Part shown: positions 53,598-63,196 of the stretch, one piece after another | Position numbering within the stretch: position 1 is the first letter of the stretch | How the letters are laid out: every line of letters begins with the position of its first letter | Assembly (NCBI GenBank): GCA_017500855.1 | Contig: JAFVYC010000003.1 | Location: 2,144 to 66,143, forward strand | Direction of reading: 5' to 3' | Length of the DNA stretch: 64,000 bases | Origin: Clostridia bacterium | GTDB lineage: Bacteria > Bacillota > Clostridia > Christensenellales > CAG-314 | The notes under the pieces: generated by a model | What the model was told of the DNA's origin: nothing | Databases searched by the model: none | What the model saw: the letters and a program-made list of their open reading frames with translations, nothing else | Made by a program: the position numbers and the translations under genes

Positions 53598-53626
53598 ATT
53601 ATATACCAAGAACGCCACTTTGTAAA
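53598..53626 (-). promoter_or_regulatory. sigma-A-type promoter of galE
   Basis: Minus strand reads TTTACA (53626-53621), 17 nt, TATAAT (53603-53598). A 19-nt block including the -10 is identical to the nuclease promoter (4732-4750). Confidence 0.55.
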
Positions 53627-53865
53627 GTGGGCAATGGCTTTTTGGCGCAAATTGGCAAATTTGGCACGTTTTGAAGCGCATTTGGGAAAAAGCGCAAACT
53701 GCCACTTTCAGTTTGTTGCAATTTTGCAAAATTGACACCTTTTGGGCGTGCAATTCCGAGAAATTTGGCAAAACACCGTTGGCAACTTGTTGCAAAAATT
53801 GTCAATTTTGTCTTTTGGCAAGGCAAGCGCAACCAAGGGATTGTTGCAAATTGACAAATACTGCA

Positions 53866-53892
53866 ACAAAAAAATCCCCACGATGGGGGATT
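53866..53892 (-). terminator. intrinsic terminator of the mnmE-mnmG-rsmG unit
   Basis: Minus strand reads TCCCCCATCGTGGGGA followed by T7, immediately after the rsmG stop. Confidence 0.65.
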
Positions 53893-54570
53893 TTACAAAG
53901 GCATTTTGCGTGGTTTGTTTTGTCCACGTGGAAATTGCTTTGGCGTTGAGCGAACTTTTTTGTACACAAGCAAACAACGGCTTGCGCCACTTGGCAAAGT
54001 AAAGTTGTGATGCGCCACAAATTTCAATCCAAGCACGTCGGATGCGTGTTTTGCCAAGTCCACTTCCTGCAAGTCGGTTTTGTAGGCAAGCACAATGCCA
54101 CCAATTTTGACAATTTGCGCCGTGTACTCCAACAAAATGTTCAATGGCGCAACGGCACGGGCAGTTGCAACGTCGAACTGTTGGCTGTGCGTTTTGGCAA
54201 AGTCCTCGGCACGGCTGTGGATGAACGTGCCAACAACGCCCATTTTTTGGCAAAGCGTGGACGTGAAGTTGATGCGTTTTTCCAAACTGTCAACAAGCGT
54301 CACGTCGATGTCTGGGCGAAGAATTTTCAAAGGCAATGCGGGGAACCCTGCACCACTTCCAACGTCGCACAACGTGGCGTTTTGTGGAACAAAGGGTGCG
54401 CCAAGCATGCTGTCGGCAAAGTGCTTCTCCCAAACTTGGCTTGGCTCGGTGATTGCCGTGAGATTGTACTTTTGGTTTTCGCTTGCCAAAAACTCGCAGT
54501 AGACGTCCAATTGCTTGCACATTTCTTCCATCAGTTGCAGTTTTGTTTGTTCAAAAATGTACTGTTTCAT
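53893..54570 (-). CDS. rsmG: 16S rRNA (guanine527-N7)-methyltransferase
   Basis: SAM motif LCDVGSGAGFPALPLKI; the family-typical length and its position after mnmG. Confidence 0.9.
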   Translation of the reverse strand: MKQYIFEQTKLQLMEEMCKQLDVYCEFLASENQKYNLTAITEPSQVWEKHFADSMLGAPFVPQNATLCDVGSGAGFPALPLKILRPDIDVTLVDSLEKRINFTSTLCQKMGVVGTFIHSRAEDFAKTHSQQFDVATARAVAPLNILLEYTAQIVKIGGIVLAYKTDLQEVDLAKHASDVLGLKFVAHHNFTLPSGASRCLLVYKKVRSTPKQFPRGQNKPRKMPL

Positions 54571-54597
54571 GTTTTCCTTAGATAATTTTGCTGTTTT

Positions 54598-54614
54598 CCC
54601 ACCACGGGGTGGGG
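54598..54614. repeat. GC-hairpin repeat copy between mnmG and rsmG
   Basis: TTTTCCCACCACGGGGTGGGGTTTTTG. Confidence 0.65.
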
Positions 54615-54824
54615 TTTTTGTAGTTTTTGCCGGTTACAACAACAATTTGCAACATCGTTGACCTGTGGGTGCGCTTTAAGTAGGTTTTGCGCCATTTTCC
54701 ACACACGGGGTGCGATATTTTCAAACTGTTTGCGTGGCAATGCAATGCGTTTGTTTCTTGCAAGAAAAACCACTTTCCACTGCAATTACGCTACCACGGG
54801 TGCGTGGTTTTTGCAAAAAGTGCG

Positions 54825-56669
54825 CTACTTGCGTTGCGCAAGCCACACAATGAGAATTTGCACGTCGGCAGGGGAAACACCGCTGATTCTACCTGCTTGT
54901 CCAAGGTTTGCAGGGCGAATTTTGTTGAGTTTTTGCCTTGCTTCAATGCGCAAACCTTCAATTTTGTCGTAGTCGATGTCTAGAGGCAAAGGCTTGTTTT
55001 CCAATTTTGCCGCTTGGGCAATGGCATCCATTTCTTTTTCGATGTAGCCCTTGTACTTGGTTTCTATTTCCACTTGGTACAGGCTTTCGCCGTCCATGTT
55101 TTGCAAAAATCCCAGTTGAACAATGTCTTGCACGGTGATGTTTGGGCGACGAAGCATTTCCTCCAACGACAGCCCTTTTGCAGGCACGGGTTCGCCCTTT
55201 TGTTGGAACAACGGGCCAAACACCTTTGGCGAAAGCACCGTTTTGAGTTGCTTTTGCGCTTGCTCAATTTGTTGCTTTTTTGCAAGGAATTTTTGGTAGC
55301 GCACTTCGTCCACCAAGCCAATTTCGTGGCCAAGTTCCGTAAGGCGCATGTCGGCATTGTCTTGTCTCAACACAAGCCTGTGTTCGGCACGGCTTGTCAT
55401 CATGCGATAGGGCTCGAAAGTTTCCTTTGTGGTGATGTCGTCCACAAGCACGCCAATGTAGCTGTTGTCCCTGCGGAACACAATCGGGCTTTTGCCGTGA
55501 ACAAGCCTTTCGGCGTTGATACCTGCCACAATGCCCTGTGCGCCGGCTTCCTCGTAGCCACTTGTGCCGTTGATTTGCCCAGCAAAGAACATGCCGGGGA
55601 TTTTTTTGGACATCAGCGTTGCATCCAATTCCGTTGCGTCGATGCAGTCGTACTCGATGGCGTAGGCGTCACGCATGATTTCCACGTTTTCCAAGCCTTC
55701 AATGCTGTGGTAGATTTGTTGTTGCACGCTTGCAGGCATACTGCTGGAAGCGCCTTGAACGTAGAACTCGCAAGTATCTTCCGACTCCGGTTCAAGAAAG
55801 ATTTGGTGGCGTTCCTTGTCGGCAAAGCGCACAACCTTGTCTTCTATGCTTGGGCAATACCTTGGTCCAACGCCGTCGATAGAGCCGTTGTAGATGGGCG
55901 CAAGGTGCTTGTTTTGCAAAATGATGCGCTTTGTTTCCGCTGTGGAATAGGTGAGGTAGCAACTGCGTTTTGTTGCAGGAATGCTTTCCGTCATGTAGCT
56001 GAATGGGCGCACGTCCTCCTCGCCACGTTGCTCCACCGTTTTGGCAAGGTCGATGGACATCATGCGCACCCTTGCAGGCGTTCCCGTTTTGAAACGGCGC
56101 ACGGTAAAGCCCAAGTCCACCAAACTTTGCGTCAAAAACTGTGCGTTGGCAAAGCCGTTTGGCCCGCTGTTGCGCACGCAATTGCCCACCAAAGTGCGAG
56201 AGTTGAGGTACACACCACAACACAAAATAACTGCCTTGGAAGTGTACTGCAAGTCTACTGCCGTTGTCACAACAAAGCCGCCTTCTGTTTGCTCCACCTT
56301 TACCGCTTCGCCTTGGCGAAGGTACAAGTTGGGCGTGTTTTCTATGGTTTGCTTCATGCGGACGTGGTACAAATTTTTGTCCACTTGCGCACGTGGAGAG
56401 TACACGGCAGGGCCTTTGCCACGGTTGAGCATGCGCATTTGCAACAAACTTTGGTCGGCATTGATTGCCATTTGTCCGCCAAGGGCATCAATTTCCTTGA
56501 CGATTTGCCCCTTTGCCGTGCCACCAATACTGGGGTTGCACGCCAAAAAAGCAACTGTGTCCAAGTTGGTTGCCAAAAGCAAAGTACTGCATCCAAGCCT
56601 TGCTGTGGCAAGCGCCGCTTCGCATCCTGCGTGCCCTGCGCCAATAACTATAACGTCAAAATTTTTCAT
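54825..56669 (-). CDS. mnmG: tRNA uridine 5-carboxymethylaminomethyl modification enzyme
   Basis: FAD motif DVIVIGAGHAGCEAA; GPRYCPSIEDK; GQINGTSGYEEAAAQG-like block. Confidence 0.95.
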   Translation of the reverse strand: MKNFDVIVIGAGHAGCEAALATARLGCSTLLLATNLDTVAFLACNPSIGGTAKGQIVKEIDALGGQMAINADQSLLQMRMLNRGKGPAVYSPRAQVDKNLYHVRMKQTIENTPNLYLRQGEAVKVEQTEGGFVVTTAVDLQYTSKAVILCCGVYLNSRTLVGNCVRNSGPNGFANAQFLTQSLVDLGFTVRRFKTGTPARVRMMSIDLAKTVEQRGEEDVRPFSYMTESIPATKRSCYLTYSTAETKRIILQNKHLAPIYNGSIDGVGPRYCPSIEDKVVRFADKERHQIFLEPESEDTCEFYVQGASSSMPASVQQQIYHSIEGLENVEIMRDAYAIEYDCIDATELDATLMSKKIPGMFFAGQINGTSGYEEAGAQGIVAGINAERLVHGKSPIVFRRDNSYIGVLVDDITTKETFEPYRMMTSRAEHRLVLRQDNADMRLTELGHEIGLVDEVRYQKFLAKKQQIEQAQKQLKTVLSPKVFGPLFQQKGEPVPAKGLSLEEMLRRPNITVQDIVQLGFLQNMDGESLYQVEIETKYKGYIEKEMDAIAQAAKLENKPLPLDIDYDKIEGLRIEARQKLNKIRPANLGQAGRISGVSPADVQILIVWLAQRK

Positions 56670-56708
56670 TGTTTTTCCTCGCTGATTGCACTTTTTGCCA
56701 AGGGGGGG

Positions 56709-58001
56709 TTATTTTCCTAGGCAAAACTTGCTGTAGATTCGGTTGATGATGTCTTCCTCGGCGCTTGTTCCAGTAATTTCGCCAAGTGTTTCCCAAGCGG
56801 AACGGATCATGGACGAAACAACGTCCAACGTTACCGTTGCTTGCAAAACCTGTTGCAACTGTTGCCTTGCTTGCTTCAAGCATCCAAGGTGCCTTTGGTT
56901 GGTGATGAGCAAATCGCTCGTTTCAATGTCGCCTGCATCAAACATGTCGTACAGCATTTGCTTCAACTCTTCCACTTCGCCACCTTTTGCCGAAATGGAA
57001 AGTTGGTTTTTGCCACATTCCGCCTTGCCAAAAAGGTCGCTTTTGTTGAAGATTTTGATTACGGGCTTGTCCGTTTGGTAGGTGCTTTGGTCGGTTGGAT
57101 CGTCGGTGACGTACAACACAACGTCGGCTTTGTCGGCTGCGCATTTTGCACGGCGAATGCCTTCGGCTTCTATTTCGTCGGCAGTTTGCCTGAGCCCCGC
57201 TGTGTCCACAAAGTTGAACTTGATGTCACGGTAGAACACGCTTTCCGTCAAGGTGTCCCGTGTGGTGCCTTCAATGCCCGACACAATTGCCCTGTCTTGC
57301 CCCAAAAGCGCATTCAGCAAACTGCTTTTGCCAACGTTTGGAGCGCCAACAATGGCAACGTCTATGCCGTACTTTGCCACCTTGCCAAGCGCCGAAGTGG
57401 CAATTATTCCATCCAACTGCGCCACAACGTTTTGCAAACTTTGCGCAACGCTTTCCGCAGTTGGCAGTTCAAGATCTTCCTCGGGGTAGTCCAACGCCGC
57501 TTCGCTTGCGGAAATTGCATCCAACAGCACGTCTTGCAGTTCCACAATGCGCTTGCCCAGCTTGTTTTCCAACAAATTTGCGCCGGCTTTTGCTGCCGAA
57601 GCCGTTTCGGCATCTATCATTTCAATGATGCCTTCGGCATTGGTGAGGTTTTGCTTGCCGTTGATGAATGCTCGCTTGGAAAACTCGCCGTTTTGCGCCA
57701 TCACTGCGCCGTGTTCAAGGCAGGTTTCCACAACGGCGTTGCTAACAGCCGTGCCACCGTGGCAATGAAATTCCACCGTGTTTTCCCCCGTGTAGCTGTG
57801 GGGTGCGCAAAAATACACGCACATTGCGTGCTCGTCGAAATGCTTCGTGCGCAAAGTGCCCACCTTGAGCAAGTTGGGCTGTTTGGGGAATGGGCTGAAA
57901 AACTTTTTGGCAATTTCCAGGGCGTTGTCGCCACTCATGCGCACCACGGCAATGGCGCTTCTGCCACGAGCCGTAGACAACGCAACAATGGTACTGTTCA
58001 T
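56709..58001 (-). CDS. mnmE: tRNA modification GTPase
   Basis: MNSTIVALSTARGRSAIAVVRMSG; G1 GAPNVGKSSLLN; DTAGLR; C-terminal FCLGK. Confidence 0.95.
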   Translation of the reverse strand: MNSTIVALSTARGRSAIAVVRMSGDNALEIAKKFFSPFPKQPNLLKVGTLRTKHFDEHAMCVYFCAPHSYTGENTVEFHCHGGTAVSNAVVETCLEHGAVMAQNGEFSKRAFINGKQNLTNAEGIIEMIDAETASAAKAGANLLENKLGKRIVELQDVLLDAISASEAALDYPEEDLELPTAESVAQSLQNVVAQLDGIIATSALGKVAKYGIDVAIVGAPNVGKSSLLNALLGQDRAIVSGIEGTTRDTLTESVFYRDIKFNFVDTAGLRQTADEIEAEGIRRAKCAADKADVVLYVTDDPTDQSTYQTDKPVIKIFNKSDLFGKAECGKNQLSISAKGGEVEELKQMLYDMFDAGDIETSDLLITNQRHLGCLKQARQQLQQVLQATVTLDVVSSMIRSAWETLGEITGTSAEEDIINRIYSKFCLGK

Positions 58002-58270
58002 AAGTCACCTCGCATACATAGTTATTGTAGCATTTTTTGCAAAAAAAGCCAACTACTTGATGTGCCAAACACAAAAACTGCGCCAAATTTTTTGCATTTG
58101 GCTGTTTGTTGGAAATTTGTTGAACAAAGTTGAAAATTGTTGCAGTAAAAATTGTATTTATTGTTGAAAAAGTTGCGTATTTGTGGTATCATTTAAATGT
58201 AGAAATATCCGCTTTGAACAACTTGCACTACTTTGCACGTTGTTGCGGAAATACCTTTGGGAGCAAAATT

Positions 58271-59038
58271 ATGGGAAAAGTCATTGCGTTTTCTAACCAA
58301 AAAGGTGGCGTGGGCAAAACCACAACTGCCATCAACCTGTCTACCTACGTTGCAATGCAGGGCAAAACCGTGCTGTTGATAGACTTCGACCCGCAAGGCA
58401 ACGCAACAAGCGGTTTCGGCTTGGAAAAAAATGCGTTGGAGCAAACCACCTACGACGTGTTGATGGGGGATTGCTCGGCAATGGAAGCCATTCGCCAAAC
58501 CATGGTAGAAAACTTGTTCATTTTGCCTTGCAACATGGACCTTGCCGCTGCCGAAGTGGATTTGGTAAACGTGCCAAGCAGAGAAAGCGCTTTCAAACGT
58601 GCCATCCAACCACTGCTGGAAAAGTTCGACTACGTTTTTGTTGACTGCCCACCAAGTTTGGGCTTGATCACCTTGAACGCACTTGTTGCTGCCGACAGCG
58701 TAATCATCCCAATCCAAAGCGAATTTTTTGCATTGGAAGGTTTGAGCCAACTGATGAACACCATCAAAATTGTAAAAACAAGGCTCAACTCCAAGCTGAG
58801 AATAAACGGCGTTGTGCTGACCATGTACGACACTCGCACAACAATGTCCAAACAAGTGACGGAAGAAATCTACAAGTACTTTGGCGACCTCATCTACACC
58901 AAACCTGTGCCACGCAACATAAAGTTGGTGGAATCGCCCAGTTTTGGCATACCTGTGGAATTGCACGCACCACGCTCCACGGGCGCATCGGCCTACAAAG
59001 CGCTTGCAGAACAATTTTTGAAAAGAGAGGAACAGTAG
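58271..59038 (+). CDS. parA: ParA/Soj chromosome-partitioning ATPase
   Basis: GGGAG SD before ATG 58271. Deviant Walker A NQKGGVGKTT; DCPPSLG. Confidence 0.9.
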   Translation: MGKVIAFSNQKGGVGKTTTAINLSTYVAMQGKTVLLIDFDPQGNATSGFGLEKNALEQTTYDVLMGDCSAMEAIRQTMVENLFILPCNMDLAAAEVDLVNVPSRESAFKRAIQPLLEKFDYVFVDCPPSLGLITLNALVAADSVIIPIQSEFFALEGLSQLMNTIKIVKTRLNSKLRINGVVLTMYDTRTTMSKQVTEEIYKYFGDLIYTKPVPRNIKLVESPSFGIPVELHAPRSTGASAYKALAEQFLKREEQ

Positions 59039-59041
59039 ACC

Positions 59042-59941
59042 ATGGCAGAAAAGAAAGGACTTGGCAGAGGATTTGCATCCCTTATGGGTTTGAACGACCT
59101 AGACATCATTCAAGACGGCGTAAGTTCCAGCGCCGATGGCGTTGTGGAAATTTCCTTGTTGGACATTGACCCCAACCGAGAACAACCACGCAAGCACTTC
59201 GACGAAGGCGCATTGAACGAACTTGCCGAAAACATCAAGTTGCACGGCGTTATTCAACCCATCATTGTGACGCCAATTGGCAAGCGCTTTATGATTATTG
59301 CAGGCGAACGCCGTTTCCGTGCAAGCAAAATTGCCGGCAAAAAAACCATCCCTGCCATCATTCGCAACTACACGCCCCAACAAATAAAGGAAATAAGCCT
59401 TATTGAAAACTTGCAAAGGGAAGACCTTTCCCCCATTGAAGCGGCACGTGCAATTCGCACTTTGATGACGGAATTCAACATGACGCAGGAAACCACTGCC
59501 GACCGCATTGGCAAAAGCCGTTCCGCCGTGGCAAACACGTTGCGCCTTTTGACTTTGCACGACGACGTTATTGCGCTTATTGAAGAAGGCAGACTTTCCG
59601 CAGGGCACGCCCGCACGCTTGTTGTTGTGCCAAAGGAAAGCCAACTGAAACTTGCGTTGAAGGGTTGCGACAATCAACTTACCGTGCGTGAAATGGAAAA
59701 ACTCGTTCGTGAGTTTCTCAACCCAAAACCCGTGAAGGAAAAGCCCGTTGCGCCAAGCGAATTGAAGGAACTTGTTGGCAACATGCAACGCACGTTTGCA
59801 ACCAAAGTTTCCGCTGTTGGCAATGGCACCAAGGGAAGAATCTACATCGACTACTTCACAACCGACGATTTGGATAGAATTTGCAGGCTTGTGGAAGTTT
59901 GGATGAAAGAAAACTACAAAAAGGGCGACGACAACCAATAG
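59042..59941 (+). CDS. parB: ParB/Spo0J chromosome-partitioning protein
   Basis: ParB boxes GVIQPIIV and IAGERRFRASK; HTH QETTADRIGKSRSAVANTLRLL. Confidence 0.9.
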   Translation: MAEKKGLGRGFASLMGLNDLDIIQDGVSSSADGVVEISLLDIDPNREQPRKHFDEGALNELAENIKLHGVIQPIIVTPIGKRFMIIAGERRFRASKIAGKKTIPAIIRNYTPQQIKEISLIENLQREDLSPIEAARAIRTLMTEFNMTQETTADRIGKSRSAVANTLRLLTLHDDVIALIEEGRLSAGHARTLVVVPKESQLKLALKGCDNQLTVREMEKLVREFLNPKPVKEKPVAPSELKELVGNMQRTFATKVSAVGNGTKGRIYIDYFTTDDLDRICRLVEVWMKENYKKGDDNQ

Positions 59942-59953
59942 GAGGGGAACTGT

Positions 59954-60523
59954 ATGGGAATTGCATTTTGCGTTCTTGCGTTGCTGTGCGGTATTTTTGG
60001 CGTTTGCAAAGGTTTTGTAAACAGGCTTTTCGGTTTTTGGCTGGTGTTTTTGTACATTGCCGGAAGCATTGTTGCAACACCCATTGTGTGCGCTCAACCG
60101 TTTGTTAGCAACTTGATTCAAGACGAACTTATTCGCATGGTCGTTGTTTTTGTTGTACTGCTTTTTTCCGCTTGCATGATTTCGGCATTGGTGCGTTGGG
60201 TTTTCAAGCAAATTTTCCTTCGGGTAAAACTGTTGGGATTTTTCAACCGACTGCTTGGCCTTGCTTTCGACGTTGCCCTGATTTGGGGCATATTTGGAAT
60301 TTTTGTTGCCTGCGCCGAACTGCCCGTTGAGTTTTTTGCTCAACTTGCAAGCCCGCTTCAACAATTCAACGCCGACTTGCCACAACAAATTGCCAACGGC
60401 GTGTACGAGTTTTTGCAATCTGCAAAAAACGACGAAATTTTGACAATGATCTACGGCTACGGCAACCCCATTGGCGAGTTTATCAAAAACTTGGTAATTG
60501 GCTTGTTGCAACCGGTAGCGTAA
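59954..60523 (+). CDS. four-TM membrane protein, tentatively CvpA family
   Basis: GGAGGGG SD. The hydrophobic profile and the LLGFFNRLLGLAFDVAL segment resemble CvpA; the call is by eye only. Confidence 0.5.
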   Translation: MGIAFCVLALLCGIFGVCKGFVNRLFGFWLVFLYIAGSIVATPIVCAQPFVSNLIQDELIRMVVVFVVLLFSACMISALVRWVFKQIFLRVKLLGFFNRLLGLAFDVALIWGIFGIFVACAELPVEFFAQLASPLQQFNADLPQQIANGVYEFLQSAKNDEILTMIYGYGNPIGEFIKNLVIGLLQPVA

Positions 60524-60543
60524 CTTACAAATTTATATCTTTT

Positions 60544-60572
60544 GCCTGTTGCCCCAAAACAACAGGCTTTTG
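60544..60572 (+). terminator. intrinsic terminator of the parAB-cvpA-like unit
   Basis: GCCTGTTG-CCCCAAAA-CAACAGGC followed by TTTTG. Confidence 0.65.
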
Positions 60573-60682
60573 ATTTACTCAAAAGCAACAGTTTGCCGGG
60601 AAACAACCAACAATTATTTGTAACACCAAATGCACGGCGTACAAAGCACGGCAAATTTTTGTTGCGCTACAAAGGGAAAACA

Positions 60683-61549
60683 ATGAAAGTAGTTTCACGA
60701 GAAAAAATATTGAAAGGTTGGTCTGTAGACCAAAAATATTGTATAACGGCAGAAAACGGGCAAAGGTACCTGCTTCGAATTTCTCCACACGAGCAAGAAC
60801 TTGGCAAGCGCACGGAATTTTTGTACATGCAAAAAGCGTTTGACCAAGGAGTGAGCATGTGCCAACCGCTGGAATTTGGCGTTTGCGACGAGGGCGTGTA
60901 CTCCATTCAATCGTGGGTGGATGGTGTTGATGCAGAACAACACATCGCAACAATTCCGCCCGAAAACCAGTACACGTATGGCATTTTTGCAGGCAAACAG
61001 CTTGCCAAAATTCACAAAATCCAAGCGCCACACGACTTTCCGAATTGGGAAGTTGTGTTCAACAAAAAGATAGACCGAAAACTTGAACTGTACCAAAACT
61101 GCCCCATAAAAATTGAGAACGCCCACCACCTTGTAGAGTACGTTGAACGCCACCGTCACCTGCTTGAAGGAAGACCTTGTGTTTTTCAGCATGGGGATTT
61201 CCACATTGGCAACATGATGGTAGACAAGGATGGCAAACTGATTGTCATCGACTTCAACCGTGCCGATTTTGGCGACCCGTATGAAGAATTTAACCGTTTG
61301 GTTTGGAGTGCGCAGGCGTGCCCCTGCTTTGCAACAGGCATTGTGGACGGCTGCTTCGACGGCAACGTGCCCATTGAATTTTGGCAACTTGTTGCGCTGT
61401 ACGTTGCAACAAACACCATTTCTTCCGTTCCGTGGGCAATCCCCTTTGGACAAGAAGAAATTGACGTGATGCTCAACCAAGCAAGGGATGTTTTGCAGTG
61501 GTACGACAAAATGAAAACGTGCATTCCCAACTGGTACAAAAGGCCTTGA
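60683..61549 (+). CDS. aminoglycoside/choline-kinase-like phosphotransferase (APH fold)
   Basis: AAAGGGAAAAC SD before ATG 60683. Brenner/catalytic motif VFQHGDFHIGNMMV and IDFNRADFGDPYEEF. Confidence 0.8.
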   Translation: MKVVSREKILKGWSVDQKYCITAENGQRYLLRISPHEQELGKRTEFLYMQKAFDQGVSMCQPLEFGVCDEGVYSIQSWVDGVDAEQHIATIPPENQYTYGIFAGKQLAKIHKIQAPHDFPNWEVVFNKKIDRKLELYQNCPIKIENAHHLVEYVERHRHLLEGRPCVFQHGDFHIGNMMVDKDGKLIVIDFNRADFGDPYEEFNRLVWSAQACPCFATGIVDGCFDGNVPIEFWQLVALYVATNTISSVPWAIPFGQEEIDVMLNQARDVLQWYDKMKTCIPNWYKRP

Positions 61550-61660
61550 TTTGAACGCAGGAACAGCATTGCACCTTGCAACACGCACCGTTGACATTCC
61601 ACAAACTTGCGTGCAAAACCCAAACTAAATTGTGGTAACTCAACAACCCAAAACATGCAA

Positions 61661-61690
61661 AAAGCCCACCACGTGGTGGGCTTTTTTGTT
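61661..61690. terminator. bidirectional-looking terminator built from a GC-hairpin repeat copy, at the left border of islet 2
   Basis: AAAGCCCACCAC-GTGGTGGGCTTT, flanked by an A-run on the left and T6 on the right. Confidence 0.75.
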
Positions 61691-61714
61691 TTGTGTGGGG
61701 CAATTTTGCATGCA

Positions 61715-62287
61715 CTAGGTTTTCAAGAAAACCTTTTTTGTTCTTTCAGAAATCATGCCTTCTATGGTTTCTGTTTCTTCCTGTGTGCATACGTGACCTT
61801 CAAACTTAATTTTGTACAGCAAGTTACTTATTGCAAAGCATTTTTTTGCACTATTCTCATCTAGCGAAGATAATTGTTTAAGCAGGTCTTTTAATTCAGA
61901 AGTAGCGTTGTTGCTTGTAACAATCAAATAGTTTGCCTTGAGATACAGTTTGAAGGGCAAATATCTTGTGGTTTTTAGTGCTTCCACGTAAGTAAGAAAC
62001 TCCTTGTCGTTGCACAATTCAAAATTAGCCACAGCCAACATATACATGCAATCATCGTACAGGTGCGTGCTCTTCGCTTTTACAATACGTTTTAGTTGGC
62101 CTTCTTGTTGCAAAATATAGTTCCAATTTTTTGAACGGAACGCTTCGATGCATTTTTTGTATTTCCTGAAAGCAATCACACCAAGCGTAATGATCAAAAC
62201 AAGCGCAATTCCAAATACTACCAATAGTTCCACCAAAATGACGTCCCAACCAATGGTAACGGTTGTTAGCAAAACAATTCTTTCCAT
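61715..62287 (-). CDS. orphan single-TM protein with a helical (TPR-like?) C-terminal part, AT-rich islet 2
   Basis: AAAGGAGGGAC SD before ATG 62287 (MERIVLLTTVTIGWDVILVELLVVFGIALVLIITLGVIAF). Confidence 0.6.
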   Translation of the reverse strand: MERIVLLTTVTIGWDVILVELLVVFGIALVLIITLGVIAFRKYKKCIEAFRSKNWNYILQQEGQLKRIVKAKSTHLYDDCMYMLAVANFELCNDKEFLTYVEALKTTRYLPFKLYLKANYLIVTSNNATSELKDLLKQLSSLDENSAKKCFAISNLLYKIKFEGHVCTQEETETIEGMISERTKKVFLKT

Positions 62288-62527
62288 GTAAGTCCCTCCT
62301 TTAGAAGTTTGTTAGCTTGACTCAATACTTCGCACTATTTGATATCGCTAATTCAACAAGAAAAGAAATTAGTAAAATCTTCCAAAAGTGCTTCACAAAG
62401 ATTTCGTATCTCTTTTCGCTAGGATCGCTATAATCATCTTTTCTTTTTTTTACGCATTTGCTAATTGTCCTCCACCGTTAGATATCCAGTAAATAAGTTC
62501 ATAAGCCTTTTGGCTTGCCCCTTTGGA

Positions 62528-63100
62528 TTATTCGGCGGATTTGTTTGCTCTTTGCTCTGCTATGTATTGATTGAATTCTGCGATAATTCTATTAATTATC
62601 TTTTCTTGACGTTGAACACGCCATTTACTACATGACTTGAATAAGTAGAAATACGGTATGTTAATGACCTCCCCACTCACCAAATGAACATAAAACATAA
62701 AAATCTTCCCATTTCTATAAACTTCATCTAGCGCATGTTTACCATAAATAATATAAGTTTTAGGCGTCATACCCTTTTGTTTTGTTGCTGGAAGTTCTCT
62801 AAAATCTATGCTCAATACATCTTTCATTAATATTTTTGACTTTATTATTTTAGTATGCCCAAAATATTTGATTAGGCCTGTTTTATAGTTAAAATGAATA
62901 CCCAACCTCGGAAACACTCTCGCCCCGGCTAAAAAAAGCAAAAAGGTGATAGCAAGAATGACAAATGCCCACGGTGGTAGTTTTTCAATACTTAAAACAA
63001 AAATAATTAAACTGATAACTGAGAAAACTATTGAAAAAATTGTCCAAAAAAAATAGTCATCAAAATGTATTCGCCTATTTTTCATTGTTACAAACTCCAT
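62528..63100 (-). CDS. orphan two-TM protein with a C-terminal beta-rich (bPH-like) domain, AT-rich islet 2
   Basis: The track start ATG 63100 lacks an SD. ATG 63085 (MKNRRIHFDDYFFW) has GGAG 10 nt upstream and is the likelier start. Same architecture as 44986-45468 and 43611-44153. Confidence 0.6.
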   Translation of the reverse strand: MEFVTMKNRRIHFDDYFFWTIFSIVFSVISLIIFVLSIEKLPPWAFVILAITFLLFLAGARVFPRLGIHFNYKTGLIKYFGHTKIIKSKILMKDVLSIDFRELPATKQKGMTPKTYIIYGKHALDEVYRNGKIFMFYVHLVSGEVINIPYFYLFKSCSKWRVQRQEKIINRIIAEFNQYIAEQRANKSAE

Positions 63101-63196
63101 AATTCTGCATATATTTGTTTTTTAGGGTTTAGTAGATACGGTAAACGACTTGTCTTGTGCGCTTTCACGTGCTACAAATGCCCATCAATTGTTGTG

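Noticed and set aside
58002-58270. Replication origin or DnaA-box cluster in the divergent mnmE/parA intergenic region.
   Set aside because: I found no TTATCCACA/TGTGGATAA boxes, even allowing one mismatch. The nearest strings, TGTGGTATC and ATATCCGCT, have 2-3 mismatches. No dnaA or dnaN is nearby. The region is adequately explained as two divergent promoters.
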